Part shown: in pieces, positions 16,651 through 25,419 of the stretch | Position numbering within the stretch: position 1 is the first letter of the stretch | How the letters are laid out: every line of letters starts with the position of its first letter | Source of the DNA: Coprobacillaceae bacterium | Lineage (GTDB): Bacteria > Bacillota_I > Bacilli_A > Erysipelotrichales > Coprobacillaceae | NCBI GenBank assembly: GCA_963675515.1 | Contig: OY776328.1 | Span: 1,650,001-1,682,000 of the forward strand | Length of the DNA stretch: 32,000 nucleotides | Direction: 5' to 3' | The notes under the pieces: generated by a model | Seen by the model: only the letters and a program-made list of their open reading frames with translations | The model's database searches: none | What the model was told of the DNA's origin: nothing | Made by a program: the position numbers and the translations under genes

Positions 16651-19266
16651 ATGAAACAATTAACAGGAAATCAAGTACGTGCAATGTTTTTGGAATATTT
16701 TGAAAGCCAAGGTCATAAGATTGAACCTTCGCATTCATTGATTCCCGACAACGATCCGACTCTGCTTTGGATCAACGCCGGAGTTGCGGCATTGAAAAAA
16801 TATTTCGATGGATCGGTGAAACCGGAAAATCCAAGAATCTGCAACGCCCAGAAATCAATCCGGACCAACGACATCGAAAACGTCGGGAAAACAGCCCGAC
16901 ACCATACGTTCTTCGAGATGTTGGGGAACTTCTCGATTGGTGACTATTTCAAGCTTGAAGCCATCGATTTCGCCTGGGAATTTCTTACAAGCGATAAATG
17001 GTTGGGCTTTGAAAAGGACAAGCTTTACATCACGGTCCACGACAAGGACGAGGAAGCGTACAACTACTGGGTCGATGTCAAGAAAATCGACCCAAGCCAT
17101 ATGCTCAAGACAGCCGGAAACTTCTGGGAGATCGGGGATGGTCCATGCGGTCCTGACAGCGAGATCTTCTATGACCGTGGCGACTTGTACGACCCTGAGG
17201 GTCTTGGCGTGAAGCTTTTCTTAGAAGAGCTGGAAAACGACCGCTATATCGAAATCTGGAACCTGGTGTTCTCGCAATACAACGCCCAAGAAGGGGTTGA
17301 AAGAGATGACTACAAGGAACTTCCGCAAAAAAACATCGATACCGGTATGGGCCTTGAACGGCTCGTGAGCATAATCCAGGGTGGGGAAACCAACTTTGAC
17401 ACCGACTTATTCTTGCCAATCATCGAAGCGACCCAGTCAATGGCCAAAATTCCATACAGCGAAAACAAGATGGCTTATCGCGTCATCGCCGACCATATCC
17501 GGACTGTCACTTTCGCGCTTAGCGACGGAGCGATGTTCGACAATGCCGGACGCGGTTATGTGTTGAGAAGGATTTTGCGCCGGGCGGTCCGTTATGGAAA
17601 GCAGATCGGGATCGAGAAGGCATTCATGTACCAGCTTGTGGCAATTGTGGCCGACATCATGAAGGACTATTATGGTTATCTTTTGGGAAAAGTCGATTTT
17701 GTGGCGATGCTTGTGGAAAAGGAAGAAATGGCCTTCCACAAGACATTGGTCCATGGCGAAAAGCTCATCAGCGAAATTATCGAAGCCAACACCAGCGGCA
17801 TCATTTCCGGTGAGGATGCTTTCAAGCTGTATGACACATACGGTTTCCCATTCGAACTGACTCTGGAAATCGCCCAGGAGAACGATCTTGAAGTCGATGA
17901 AGCCGGGTTCCAGGAGCAGCTCAAAATCCAGAAGCAGCGCTCACGCAACGCCAGGGAAGACATGGATTCCATGAAAGCCCAGCAAGCCGATCTGATGGCC
18001 TTCACTGCGGATTCGAAGTTCGACTATTGCAATCTTGAACTTGAAAGCGAGGTTGTGGGACTGTTTGAAGATGGTGTTGCAACCGACAAGATCACCGATA
18101 AAGGTGAGGTTGTCCTGGCCAACACACCTTTCTATGCCTTGATGGGTGGTCAATGCGGTGACACCGGGATTATGGAAAACGACGATGTCTCACTAGAAGT
18201 CACTGACGTGATCAAGGCTCCCAATGGCCAACATCTCCATATTGTCAAAACAATCAAAGGTGAATTGAAGCTCGGCGACAAACTTGTAGCCAAGGTCGAT
18301 GCAACCCGCCGCTTGAAGATTGCCGCAAATCACTCGGCAACCCATATCCTCCACCAGGTGTTAAAAGATGTCCTGGGAGAACATGTCGGTCAGGCCGGAT
18401 CGTTTGTCGATGCCTCGCGGCTGCGTTTCGACTTCACCCATTTCTCGAAAATCGACAATGCGACCCTCAACGAGATCGAAGACAGGGTCAATGAAGTCAT
18501 CATGTCGGGGACAAGCGTCGATACAAAAGAGATGAACAAGGAAGAAGCGGTGGCATCGGGCGCGATGGCGATGTTCGACGACAAGTACGGCGATAAGGTC
18601 CGGGTAGTTGCCATCGGTGATTTCTCAAAAGAGCTTTGCGGGGGAACCCATGTCGAAAATTCATTGAATATCGGGATGTTCTCCCTTGCAAGCGAGGAGT
18701 CGGTCGGTTCGGGAATCCGCCGGATCGAAGCAATGACCGGTGCGGCCGGTTACAAGGCCTTCAAACAGGAAAAACTGACAGTCGACAAGGTTGCTGAACT
18801 GCTCAAGCTTAAAAACCGCGATGAAGTGGCAAGCCGGGTTGAAATGACTCTGGAAAAACTTGGTGCGACTGCCAGGGAACTCGATGAAACACTCGACAAG
18901 CTAAATGCCTTGAAAGCCAAATCGCTGGTAAGCGACACGGTTGAAATCAACGGGGTGCAGGTGTTGTATACCAACCAGACCCTTGAAGGCAACCAGCCTA
19001 AGGCGCTGGCATTGGATCTGCGCGACAAGCTCAAATCGGGAATCGTCATCATGACCAACGTTGACTCTGGAAAAGCGGCCTATTTTGTGGGGGTGACCAA
19101 GGACCTGGTGGCAGCCGGCTATCAGGCAGGAGCGATAGTCAAGGCGATCAATGCCCTGACCAATGGCCGTGGTGGCGGTAAACCGGATTTCGCCCAAGGC
19201 GGTTGCCAGGATGAAGCGGCTCTGAAATCGATTGAAACAAATCTTGAAAATATCATTGTCAGATAA
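16651..19266 (+). CDS. alaS: Alanine--tRNA ligase
   Basis: RBS GGAGGAAG. Motifs HHTFFEMLGNFSIGDYFK, editing-domain HSATHIL and CGGTHV, and a C-terminal DHHA1/C-Ala region. Confidence 0.97.
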   Translation: MKQLTGNQVRAMFLEYFESQGHKIEPSHSLIPDNDPTLLWINAGVAALKKYFDGSVKPENPRICNAQKSIRTNDIENVGKTARHHTFFEMLGNFSIGDYFKLEAIDFAWEFLTSDKWLGFEKDKLYITVHDKDEEAYNYWVDVKKIDPSHMLKTAGNFWEIGDGPCGPDSEIFYDRGDLYDPEGLGVKLFLEELENDRYIEIWNLVFSQYNAQEGVERDDYKELPQKNIDTGMGLERLVSIIQGGETNFDTDLFLPIIEATQSMAKIPYSENKMAYRVIADHIRTVTFALSDGAMFDNAGRGYVLRRILRRAVRYGKQIGIEKAFMYQLVAIVADIMKDYYGYLLGKVDFVAMLVEKEEMAFHKTLVHGEKLISEIIEANTSGIISGEDAFKLYDTYGFPFELTLEIAQENDLEVDEAGFQEQLKIQKQRSRNAREDMDSMKAQQADLMAFTADSKFDYCNLELESEVVGLFEDGVATDKITDKGEVVLANTPFYALMGGQCGDTGIMENDDVSLEVTDVIKAPNGQHLHIVKTIKGELKLGDKLVAKVDATRRLKIAANHSATHILHQVLKDVLGEHVGQAGSFVDASRLRFDFTHFSKIDNATLNEIEDRVNEVIMSGTSVDTKEMNKEEAVASGAMAMFDDKYGDKVRVVAIGDFSKELCGGTHVENSLNIGMFSLASEESVGSGIRRIEAMTGAAGYKAFKQEKLTVDKVAELLKLKNRDEVASRVEMTLEKLGATARELDETLDKLNALKAKSLVSDTVEINGVQVLYTNQTLEGNQPKALALDLRDKLKSGIVIMTNVDSGKAAYFVGVTKDLVAAGYQAGAIVKAINALTNGRGGGKPDFAQGGCQDEAALKSIETNLENIIVR

Positions 19267-19332
19267 CAATTTTGTTTCAAATTGCCATAAAGATGTGCTA
19301 TAATTCACTTAGAATCAGGGAGGGCGCCAACG

Positions 19333-19584
19333 ATGAAAGATATCGGAAAAACTAAAGTATTCTCGTCTGAGGATATGCGGCGAGAAATAATCCGCAACTC
19401 ATTGGAGACAGTAATTGATGCACTGAATGAAAGGGGCTATAATGCCGTCCATCAGATAACCGGTTATCTGATTTCGAATGATCCTGCCTATATCTCAAGC
19501 TACCGCAATGCCCGCAATTTGATCCAACAGATCGATCGGGACGAGATAATCGAGGAATTGGTCAAAGCATATTTGGAGAAATAA
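19333..19584 (+). CDS. UPF0297/DUF965 protein (YrzL / IreB family)
   Basis: ALNERGYNAVHQITGYLISNDPAYISSYRNARNLI...DRDEIIEELVKAYL matches the IreB/YrzL pattern. Its position after alaS matches B. subtilis. Confidence 0.85.
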   Translation: MKDIGKTKVFSSEDMRREIIRNSLETVIDALNERGYNAVHQITGYLISNDPAYISSYRNARNLIQQIDRDEIIEELVKAYLEK

Positions 19585-20010
19585 ATGAAGAAAATTTTAG
19601 GATTGGATTTGGGTTCGAGGACATGCGGAATCGCGATGTCCGACGCCCTGGGGATGCTTGCCCACGGAGTGGAGACTTTCCGCTTCCGTGAAGGCGACTA
19701 CACCAAGCCTCTCGGGCGGGTAAAAGAGCTCGTAAAGGAAAACGCGATTGAACAGATCGTGCTAGGTTACCCCAAACATATGAACAACGATGAAGGTATC
19801 CGCTGTTTGATTTCCCGGGATTTCAAGGAAATGCTCGAACAGGAGATCCCCGGCATCGAGGTAATCCTCAAGGACGAACGTCTCACGACCAAGATCGCCC
19901 AGGATGCGCTGATCTTCGCGGATATCTCAAGAAAAAAAAGAAAGGAAGTCATCGACAAGATGGCGGCAGTCACGATATTGCAAGGATATCTTGACTCGCT
20001 TAAGGTATAG
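19585..20010 (+). CDS. ruvX: Putative pre-16S rRNA nuclease / Holliday-junction-resolvase-like protein YqgF (RuvX, YrrK)
   Basis: The ATG abuts the upstream TAA. Motifs ILGLDLGSRTCGIAMSD and DERLTT.A. Confidence 0.9.
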   Translation: MKKILGLDLGSRTCGIAMSDALGMLAHGVETFRFREGDYTKPLGRVKELVKENAIEQIVLGYPKHMNNDEGIRCLISRDFKEMLEQEIPGIEVILKDERLTTKIAQDALIFADISRKKRKEVIDKMAAVTILQGYLDSLKV

Positions 20011-20012
20011 TT

Positions 20013-20270
20013 ATGGATAATATGTTGGATGAAGGAATCATCACAATTGAAGACGCTGAGGGGAATTCTAAGGATTTCGAAGTGCTTTTCACGGTAAAAG
20101 ACGAAAACAGCGACAAGAACTACGTTCTTTACTTCGATCCCGAAGGAGAAGAAGGCGAAGTGTTCACAAGTGTTTTCCATGATGACGGAACTCTTGAAGA
20201 TGTTGAAACCCAGGAAGAATGGGATTTCATCGAAGAAGTGTTCAACGCTTACATGGCCGAAGAAGAGTAA
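20013..20270 (+). CDS. DUF1292/UPF0473 protein (YrzB family)
   Basis: Acidic 85-aa protein. The pattern DAEGNSKDFEVLF......NYVLY....E.....V......D.G.LE.VE..EEW..IEE matches YrzB, and the synteny fits. Confidence 0.8.
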   Translation: MDNMLDEGIITIEDAEGNSKDFEVLFTVKDENSDKNYVLYFDPEGEEGEVFTSVFHDDGTLEDVETQEEWDFIEEVFNAYMAEEE

Positions 20271-20275
20271 CGAAC

Positions 20276-20304
20276 AGGTGATGGCGCAAGCCGTCACCTT
20301 TTTA
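20276..20304 (+). terminator. Strong rho-independent terminator
   Basis: 10-bp stem AGGTGATGGC, GCAA tetraloop, GCCGTCACCT (one G-U pair), followed by TTTTT. Confidence 0.8.
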
Positions 20305-20358
20305 AGATTGGAAAATCCCTAATGCCTAGGTAAAAATGATAGTTATATTTTAAAAGTA

Positions 20359-20367
20359 TGGTATAAT
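20359..20367 (+). promoter_or_regulatory. Extended -10 element TGgTATAAT
   Basis: About 30 nt upstream of ATG 20399. Only a weak -35 (ATGATA-like) is present. Confidence 0.45.
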
Positions 20368-20398
20368 TGTAAAAGCAAATAAAGGAGTGATTTGATAA

Positions 20399-21508
20399 AT
20401 GAGATTTTTTGACGCTTTTTTGGGAACCGAGAAACTGATTAAACGACGCCGGACGGCTGCCTTTTTCGCCAATCTTCATGGCAACAAGCAGACCCGGGGG
20501 ATTCATACATTTCATGTGGATTTGGACAGTGGTGAGATTTTGCCGCGCAACCTGTTCTCCACCCCGGTTGACCCGATTTATTCGTTCAACTATGGACGAT
20601 TCGTATGCATCACTTACCGCAATCCCCAGGCAATCGAAGGCCAAGGCGGAATCAATTCCTACTCGGCCACAGCGGATCTTCTAGCCCTGGTGTCCCGGGC
20701 CAGCGACGAAGGGAAGACCTACATCCATGGATGTGCCAACGGTGATGATACCAATGCCACTTTCGTGTTCTGCGCCGATTACCATAATGGGGATGTCGTA
20801 TCGATCAGGATACTCAAAAAGAAACTGGTCAAAGTAAAAGGTCATTTCATCCAGGAAGGATCTTCGCTCGATGAGAAGTATCAGGCCCAGTCGCATCCGA
20901 TCTTCATCCACAGCTACAATGACACAAACAAGATCGTCTACATCGATCTAGGTCTCGACGAAGTCGTTTTCCTTGACTATGACGAAGAAGGATATTTCAC
21001 CAAGGATGAAGCGCATTCATTCAAGGTGAAGCCAGGCAATGGCCCTTGCAAGATGGTCTTCAGCTATGATGGCAAATACGCCTACATTCTCAACCAGCTC
21101 GCTTCAACGATCGATGTCTACCAGGTCGACGGCTACAAGTTCACGCTGATCCAGACAATCGATTCCTACAAAAAAGAAGGGGAAAATGTGAGCAACCTGG
21201 CCACCGATTTCGAGCTTTCGACCGAGGGGGATTTCATGTACGTGCTCAACAGCGGAGACGATTCGATCGTGATCTTCAAGGTCAACGAGGATCACACCCT
21301 GACATATGGCGATTTCTGCGACACTTCACGCAACCCGGTCGATTTGCTTGTCTATGAAAACACCCTGGCCGTTGTGGCCTGCGGGGACGGTTCGTCAATC
21401 GAATCATACCGCCTGGTTGATGAAAAACGGATCCATTTGATGGATCTCAACCATGGTTATCTCGTCCATGAACCGGTTTGTCTGACCAAATTCGAATCAA
21501 AACTGTAA
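20399..21508 (+). CDS. Lactonase, 7-bladed beta-propeller family (6-phosphogluconolactonase-like, COG2706/YkgB-like)
   Basis: RBS AAGGAG. N-terminal GIHTFHVDLDSGEIL and repeated blade motifs (KYAYILNQLASTIDVYQV, DFMYVLNSGDDSIVIFKVNED, TLAVVACGDGSSIESY) are typical of PF10282. Confidence 0.65.
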   Translation: MRFFDAFLGTEKLIKRRRTAAFFANLHGNKQTRGIHTFHVDLDSGEILPRNLFSTPVDPIYSFNYGRFVCITYRNPQAIEGQGGINSYSATADLLALVSRASDEGKTYIHGCANGDDTNATFVFCADYHNGDVVSIRILKKKLVKVKGHFIQEGSSLDEKYQAQSHPIFIHSYNDTNKIVYIDLGLDEVVFLDYDEEGYFTKDEAHSFKVKPGNGPCKMVFSYDGKYAYILNQLASTIDVYQVDGYKFTLIQTIDSYKKEGENVSNLATDFELSTEGDFMYVLNSGDDSIVIFKVNEDHTLTYGDFCDTSRNPVDLLVYENTLAVVACGDGSSIESYRLVDEKRIHLMDLNHGYLVHEPVCLTKFESKL

Positions 21509-21515
21509 TTAAAGG

Positions 21516-21546
21516 AAACTAAATTTGAAAAAATTTAGTTTTTTTT
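21516..21546 (+). terminator. Rho-independent terminator (AT-rich 11-bp stem)
   Basis: Stem AAACTAAATTT, loop GAAA, stem AAATTTAGTTT, followed by TTTTT. Confidence 0.65.
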
Positions 21547-21563
21547 GAAAACTTTTGGTGGAG

Positions 21564-21582
21564 GTTGTGATATAATCACAAC
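21564..21582 (+). promoter_or_regulatory. Extended -10 promoter TGaTATAAT embedded in a perfect 8-bp inverted repeat
   Basis: GTTGTGAT-ATA-ATCACAAC at 21564-21582. TATAAT at 21571-21576 with TG at 21568-21569, 22 nt upstream of the mltG ATG. Confidence 0.45.
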
Positions 21583-21597
21583 GTTAGAGGATACCTT

Positions 21598-22644
21598 ATG
21601 AAAAAAACATTAATCACAATCGCAATTGTTGTTGCGCTTTTTACTATGGGAGCCATCGCGTTCTACCAGGCAAATCTCGGTTCCATGTCCAAGATGGAGC
21701 AGAAGGTCGCATTCACGATCGAGAGCGGCACCGGATTGAACAATGCCATTGGCCAGCTTGAAAGTCAGGGGCTGATTGCCAATGACCTGGTGGCGAAGAT
21801 ATATTGCAAGCTAAACGGGATAAGTTCGGTCCAGGCAAACAGCTATGAGCTGGATGCGACTATGGATCTTAAAAAGATTATGGAAATAATCTCAAGTGGC
21901 GACACTGATTATGTCATCATGGCCAAAGTCACAGTGCTTGACGGTCAGCGGATCAGCGAAATCGTCGCCACTTTGAACGGGCTGGGTCTTGACGGGGACA
22001 AGTTTCTTTCCTATATCAACAATCAAGACAATCTTGCCAACTGGATCGACCAGTACTGGTGGCTGGAAGATGATATTTTGGACCCTGAGATCAGGTATCC
22101 TCTCGAAGGCTACCTGGCTCCCGAGACATATTTCGTCCAGGAAGGCGAGGACGCCCTGGCCCAGCTGGCCAAGGCGATGTTGAATCAGACCGATGCCAAC
22201 CTGGCTGGTATGCAAGAGGCAATGGAGTCATTTGAAATCAGCGGGAAAACCTTAACCGTCCATGAATTCGTGACATTGAGCTCAATCGTGCAGGCGGAAA
22301 GTCTCGACAGCGAGGACGCCCTGATGATCGCGGGAGTATTTGTCAACCGTCTGGAAATCAATATGGCGCTCCAGTCGGATGTGACTGTCAATTACGCCAA
22401 TGAAGAGACCAAAGTGGCGGTCACCAACGATGATCTGAAGACCGACTCGAAATACAACACCTATCTTTATCCGGGACTGCCGGTCGGTCCGATTGCGACA
22501 ATCGACAAGGCAATCTTCCTCTCGGTGCTAAACTACACCCCAAATGATTATTTTTATTTCTTTGCCTTGGAAGATGGCAGCATAATTTACTCGAAAACCT
22601 ATCAGGAACATATTAAAGTCGTACAGGAGAATAAGTGGTACTAA
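21598..22644 (+). CDS. mltG: Endolytic murein transglycosylase MltG (YceG/YrrL)
   Basis: N-terminal TM anchor. Catalytic region LSSIVQAES....IAGVFVNRL...M.LQSDVTVNYA, plus YNTY...GLP.GPI. Confidence 0.9.
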   Translation: MKKTLITIAIVVALFTMGAIAFYQANLGSMSKMEQKVAFTIESGTGLNNAIGQLESQGLIANDLVAKIYCKLNGISSVQANSYELDATMDLKKIMEIISSGDTDYVIMAKVTVLDGQRISEIVATLNGLGLDGDKFLSYINNQDNLANWIDQYWWLEDDILDPEIRYPLEGYLAPETYFVQEGEDALAQLAKAMLNQTDANLAGMQEAMESFEISGKTLTVHEFVTLSSIVQAESLDSEDALMIAGVFVNRLEINMALQSDVTVNYANEETKVAVTNDDLKTDSKYNTYLYPGLPVGPIATIDKAIFLSVLNYTPNDYFYFFALEDGSIIYSKTYQEHIKVVQENKWY

Positions 22645-23231
22645 TGATCTATCTTGAAGAAATTGAAAAAAAGGCCCTGGCCAACAACATTCCGATCATG
22701 CAAAAGGAGGGATTGGAATTTCTGATCGAATCCATCAAGGAACACGGGGCGACCAGTGTTCTGGAAATCGGAAGCGCGGTGGGCTATTCAGCGGCGATGA
22801 TCGCCCTGAACACAAATGCAAGGGTGGAAACCCTGGAAATCGACCAGGAGCGATACAATGAGGCCTGCGCTAATATCGCGGCCCTGAAGCTGAAAGACCG
22901 GATAACCATCCACCATCACGATGCCCTGGATTTTCCACTGGAGAAACTGGAAATCGGGAGTTTCGATTGCCTGTTCATCGATGCCGCCAAGGCCCAATAC
23001 CAGAAATTTTTTGAAAAGTATATGGCGGTGGTCGCACCAGACGGATTTTGCGTGGTCGACAACCTCGATTTCCATGGCATGGTCTTCGCTATCGACCAGA
23101 TCAAAAACAGAAATACAAAACAGCTGGTCAAGAAAATAAAAAGGTTCAAGGATTGGATATTGAACCATGACGAGTACGAAGTGGAGTACCATCCCATCGG
23201 TGATGGCATCTGCGTCATAAGGAGGAAATAA
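22644..23231 (+). CDS. trmR: SAM-dependent O-methyltransferase family 3, TrmR (YrrM)-like tRNA 5-hydroxyuridine methyltransferase
   Basis: Start re-set to ATG 22644, which overlaps the mltG stop (TAATG). SAM motif VLEIGSAVGYSA and LFIDAAKAQY. Its position before the two U32 genes matches the B. subtilis yrrMNO operon. Confidence 0.75.
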   Translation: MIYLEEIEKKALANNIPIMQKEGLEFLIESIKEHGATSVLEIGSAVGYSAAMIALNTNARVETLEIDQERYNEACANIAALKLKDRITIHHHDALDFPLEKLEIGSFDCLFIDAAKAQYQKFFEKYMAVVAPDGFCVVDNLDFHGMVFAIDQIKNRNTKQLVKKIKRFKDWILNHDEYEVEYHPIGDGICVIRRK

Positions 23232-24137
23232 ATGAAATTTGCGATAACTCCCGTGAATGTTGACTCTCCGGTAATCTATGCCCCGGAAGTGGGAATCTGG
23301 CTGGTCGGAGCACCAATCTTTTCACTGCGCACCCAGCCAAACCACACATACGAACAGATTGTGAAGTTGAACGGATCGAAAAAGGACAAGAAGCTCCATG
23401 TCTATGTCAACGCCCTGATCGAACAGCACGAGCTGGAAAATCTGAAAAGCCATCTGGCAAGGCTGCAGTCCATCGGGGTCGACGGTCTGGTCTTCCAGGA
23501 TTTTGCCGTCCATTCTATTGTAAAAAAAATGGGCTGGGATGTCGAACTTGTCTACCATCCCGACACTCTCAACACCAACTACGCCAGCTTGAATATCTAT
23601 AACAAGCTGGGGATTTCCGGAGCTTTTCTGGCCCGGGAGATTTCACTGGCCCAGAAGCAGGAAATCAAAGCCAACACGACCATGGCATGCTGGGTCCAGA
23701 TCCACGGCTGTGAATACATGGCGTATTCCAAAAGACATCTGGTTTCCAACTACCTTAAGGTCACCGGCATCTCTGTTCCAGTCGATGTTTTTGCGAATCT
23801 GACAATAAAGGCCAACAATATCGATTCTTCCAGCCACATCTATGAAGACGGGTACGGTACCCATATAGTCAGCGTCAACATGCTCGAGAGCATTGACAAC
23901 CTTGTGGAATACCAGGCTTTCGACTATGGCATCATCGACAACCAGTTTATCGATGACGATATATATTTGAAGGTGGTCGAGCTGTACGTGAAAGCCTGCA
24001 ATGCCCCGGGTCAGCATATGGAACAGCTTAAAGCCTTGGATGATACGATTAATTATTACAAGAGTTTCACCTATGAAAAGACAGTATATAAAATTGATGA
24101 TGTAAGGAGGATCGATGATGAAAAAACAAATCAGTGA
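23232..24137 (+). CDS. Peptidase-U32-family protein, YrrN (TrhP1)-like paralog without the Cys-rich motif
   Basis: The ATG abuts the trmR stop, with AGGAGG just upstream. U32 core: VDGLVFQDF, GAFLAREISL and IHGCEYMAYSKRHLVSNY. Confidence 0.65.
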   Translation: MKFAITPVNVDSPVIYAPEVGIWLVGAPIFSLRTQPNHTYEQIVKLNGSKKDKKLHVYVNALIEQHELENLKSHLARLQSIGVDGLVFQDFAVHSIVKKMGWDVELVYHPDTLNTNYASLNIYNKLGISGAFLAREISLAQKQEIKANTTMACWVQIHGCEYMAYSKRHLVSNYLKVTGISVPVDVFANLTIKANNIDSSSHIYEDGYGTHIVSVNMLESIDNLVEYQAFDYGIIDNQFIDDDIYLKVVELYVKACNAPGQHMEQLKALDDTINYYKSFTYEKTVYKIDDVRRIDDEKTNQ

Positions 24138-25368
24138 TGTCGTCGAGAACAAACGGGTCATCGTCAAGAAACCGGAATTGCTTGCACCCGCAGGCAATCT
24201 TGAAAAGCTCAAGGTTGCCGTCTTGTACGGGGCCGATGCGGTGTTTATCGGCGGGAAGGAATTCTCGCTGCGTTCGCTGGCTTCAAATTTTCCTATTCCC
24301 GACATCATCGAGGCGGTAAACTTCGCCCACAGCCACGGCGCAAAGGTGCATGTAACCTGCAATATCGTGCTTCACAACGAGAATCTCGATGGCATCAAAG
24401 AATACCTGAAAGCTCTTGACAATGCCAGAGTCGATGCGATCATCGTGGCCGATATCGACATTATGATGATCGCCAAGTCATTAAATCCGGGATTTGAAAT
24501 CCATGTATCGACCCAGATGTCGACGCTTAACAGCGAAGCAATCGGATTCTATCATCAACTGGGAATGGATCGGGTCGTGCTTGGCCGGGAAACGTCATAT
24601 GATGACCTGAAGGATATCATGGAAAAAAGCCCGGTCGACATCGAATATTTCATCCATGGAGCGATGTGCATCAACTATTCGGGCCGCTGCATGCTTTCGA
24701 ATTATTTTTCGGCCCGGGATGCCAATCGCGGGGGCTGCTCCCAGTCATGCCGCTGGTATTACGACCTTTTCCAAGACGGCAATCAGCTGAACACTGCGCA
24801 AATGCCGCCATTTTCGATGTCGTCAAAAGACATGTGTCTTATCAATGAAATACCCAAGCTTATCGAGCTTGGGGTTGACTCGTTCAAGATTGAGGGACGG
24901 ATGAAATCGATCCATTATATTGCGACCGTGGTGTCGACCTATCGCAAGCTTATCGATGCCTATTGTCAGGATCCTGACAATTTCGTGATGTCTCCTTTCT
25001 ACAAGGACGAGCTTGACAAGGCGGCAAACCGGGCCACCTGTGAAGGTTTTTTTGATGGGAGTACCGATGAGACCGACCAGCTATTCAATCTGCGTGACGA
25101 ACATCCCACCCAGGACTTCTGCATGCGGGTTGTCGCTTTCGACCCGGAAAAAATGGTCGCGACAGTGGAACAGCGCAATTACTTCAAAGTAAACGACCAG
25201 GTCGAATTCTTTTCGCCTCATCATGAAAACCGGACAATGATAGTTACAAGCATAATAAACAGCGATGGAAAAGCCGTTGAAGTGGCCAACCACCCGATGG
25301 AACTGCTGGAAATAAAGGTCGATTTCAAGCTTGATGTCCATGATATGGCACGAAAATTGCGCAAATAA
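24115..25368 (+). CDS. Peptidase-U32-family protein, YrrO (TrhP2)-like, tRNA ho5U34 synthesis
   Basis: AAGGAGGA at 24103-24110. ATG at 24115 or 24118 (24118 has the better spacing). Overlaps the upstream gene by about 20 nt. Motifs KPELLAPAGN, GADAVFIGG and FIHGAMCINYSGRCMLSNYFSARDANRGGCSQSCRW. Confidence 0.8.
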   Translation: MMKKQISDVVENKRVIVKKPELLAPAGNLEKLKVAVLYGADAVFIGGKEFSLRSLASNFPIPDIIEAVNFAHSHGAKVHVTCNIVLHNENLDGIKEYLKALDNARVDAIIVADIDIMMIAKSLNPGFEIHVSTQMSTLNSEAIGFYHQLGMDRVVLGRETSYDDLKDIMEKSPVDIEYFIHGAMCINYSGRCMLSNYFSARDANRGGCSQSCRWYYDLFQDGNQLNTAQMPPFSMSSKDMCLINEIPKLIELGVDSFKIEGRMKSIHYIATVVSTYRKLIDAYCQDPDNFVMSPFYKDELDKAANRATCEGFFDGSTDETDQLFNLRDEHPTQDFCMRVVAFDPEKMVATVEQRNYFKVNDQVEFFSPHHENRTMIVTSIINSDGKAVEVANHPMELLEIKVDFKLDVHDMARKLRK

Positions 25369-25371
25369 TCA

Positions 25372-25400
25372 TTGTGATTTGTTTCCATTTATGATATATT
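25372..25400 (+). promoter_or_regulatory. Sigma-A promoter TTGTGA-17-TGaTATATT for greA
   Basis: -35 at 25372-25377 and -10 TATATT at 25395-25400 preceded by TGa. Confidence 0.55.
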
Positions 25401-25419
25401 AAGACAACGAGGTGAAAAC

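Noticed and set aside
20294-20644. 116-aa minus-strand ORF across the lactonase promoter and 5' end. Also the 176-aa minus-strand ORF at 19767-20297.
   Set aside because: These ORFs run antisense through ruvX, the DUF1292 gene, the lactonase gene, a strong terminator and a promoter. They have no independent signals.
23643-24362. 239-aa minus-strand ORF spanning the junction of the two U32 genes.
   Set aside because: It is an antisense shadow of two well-supported, translationally coupled + strand genes, and it has no start context.
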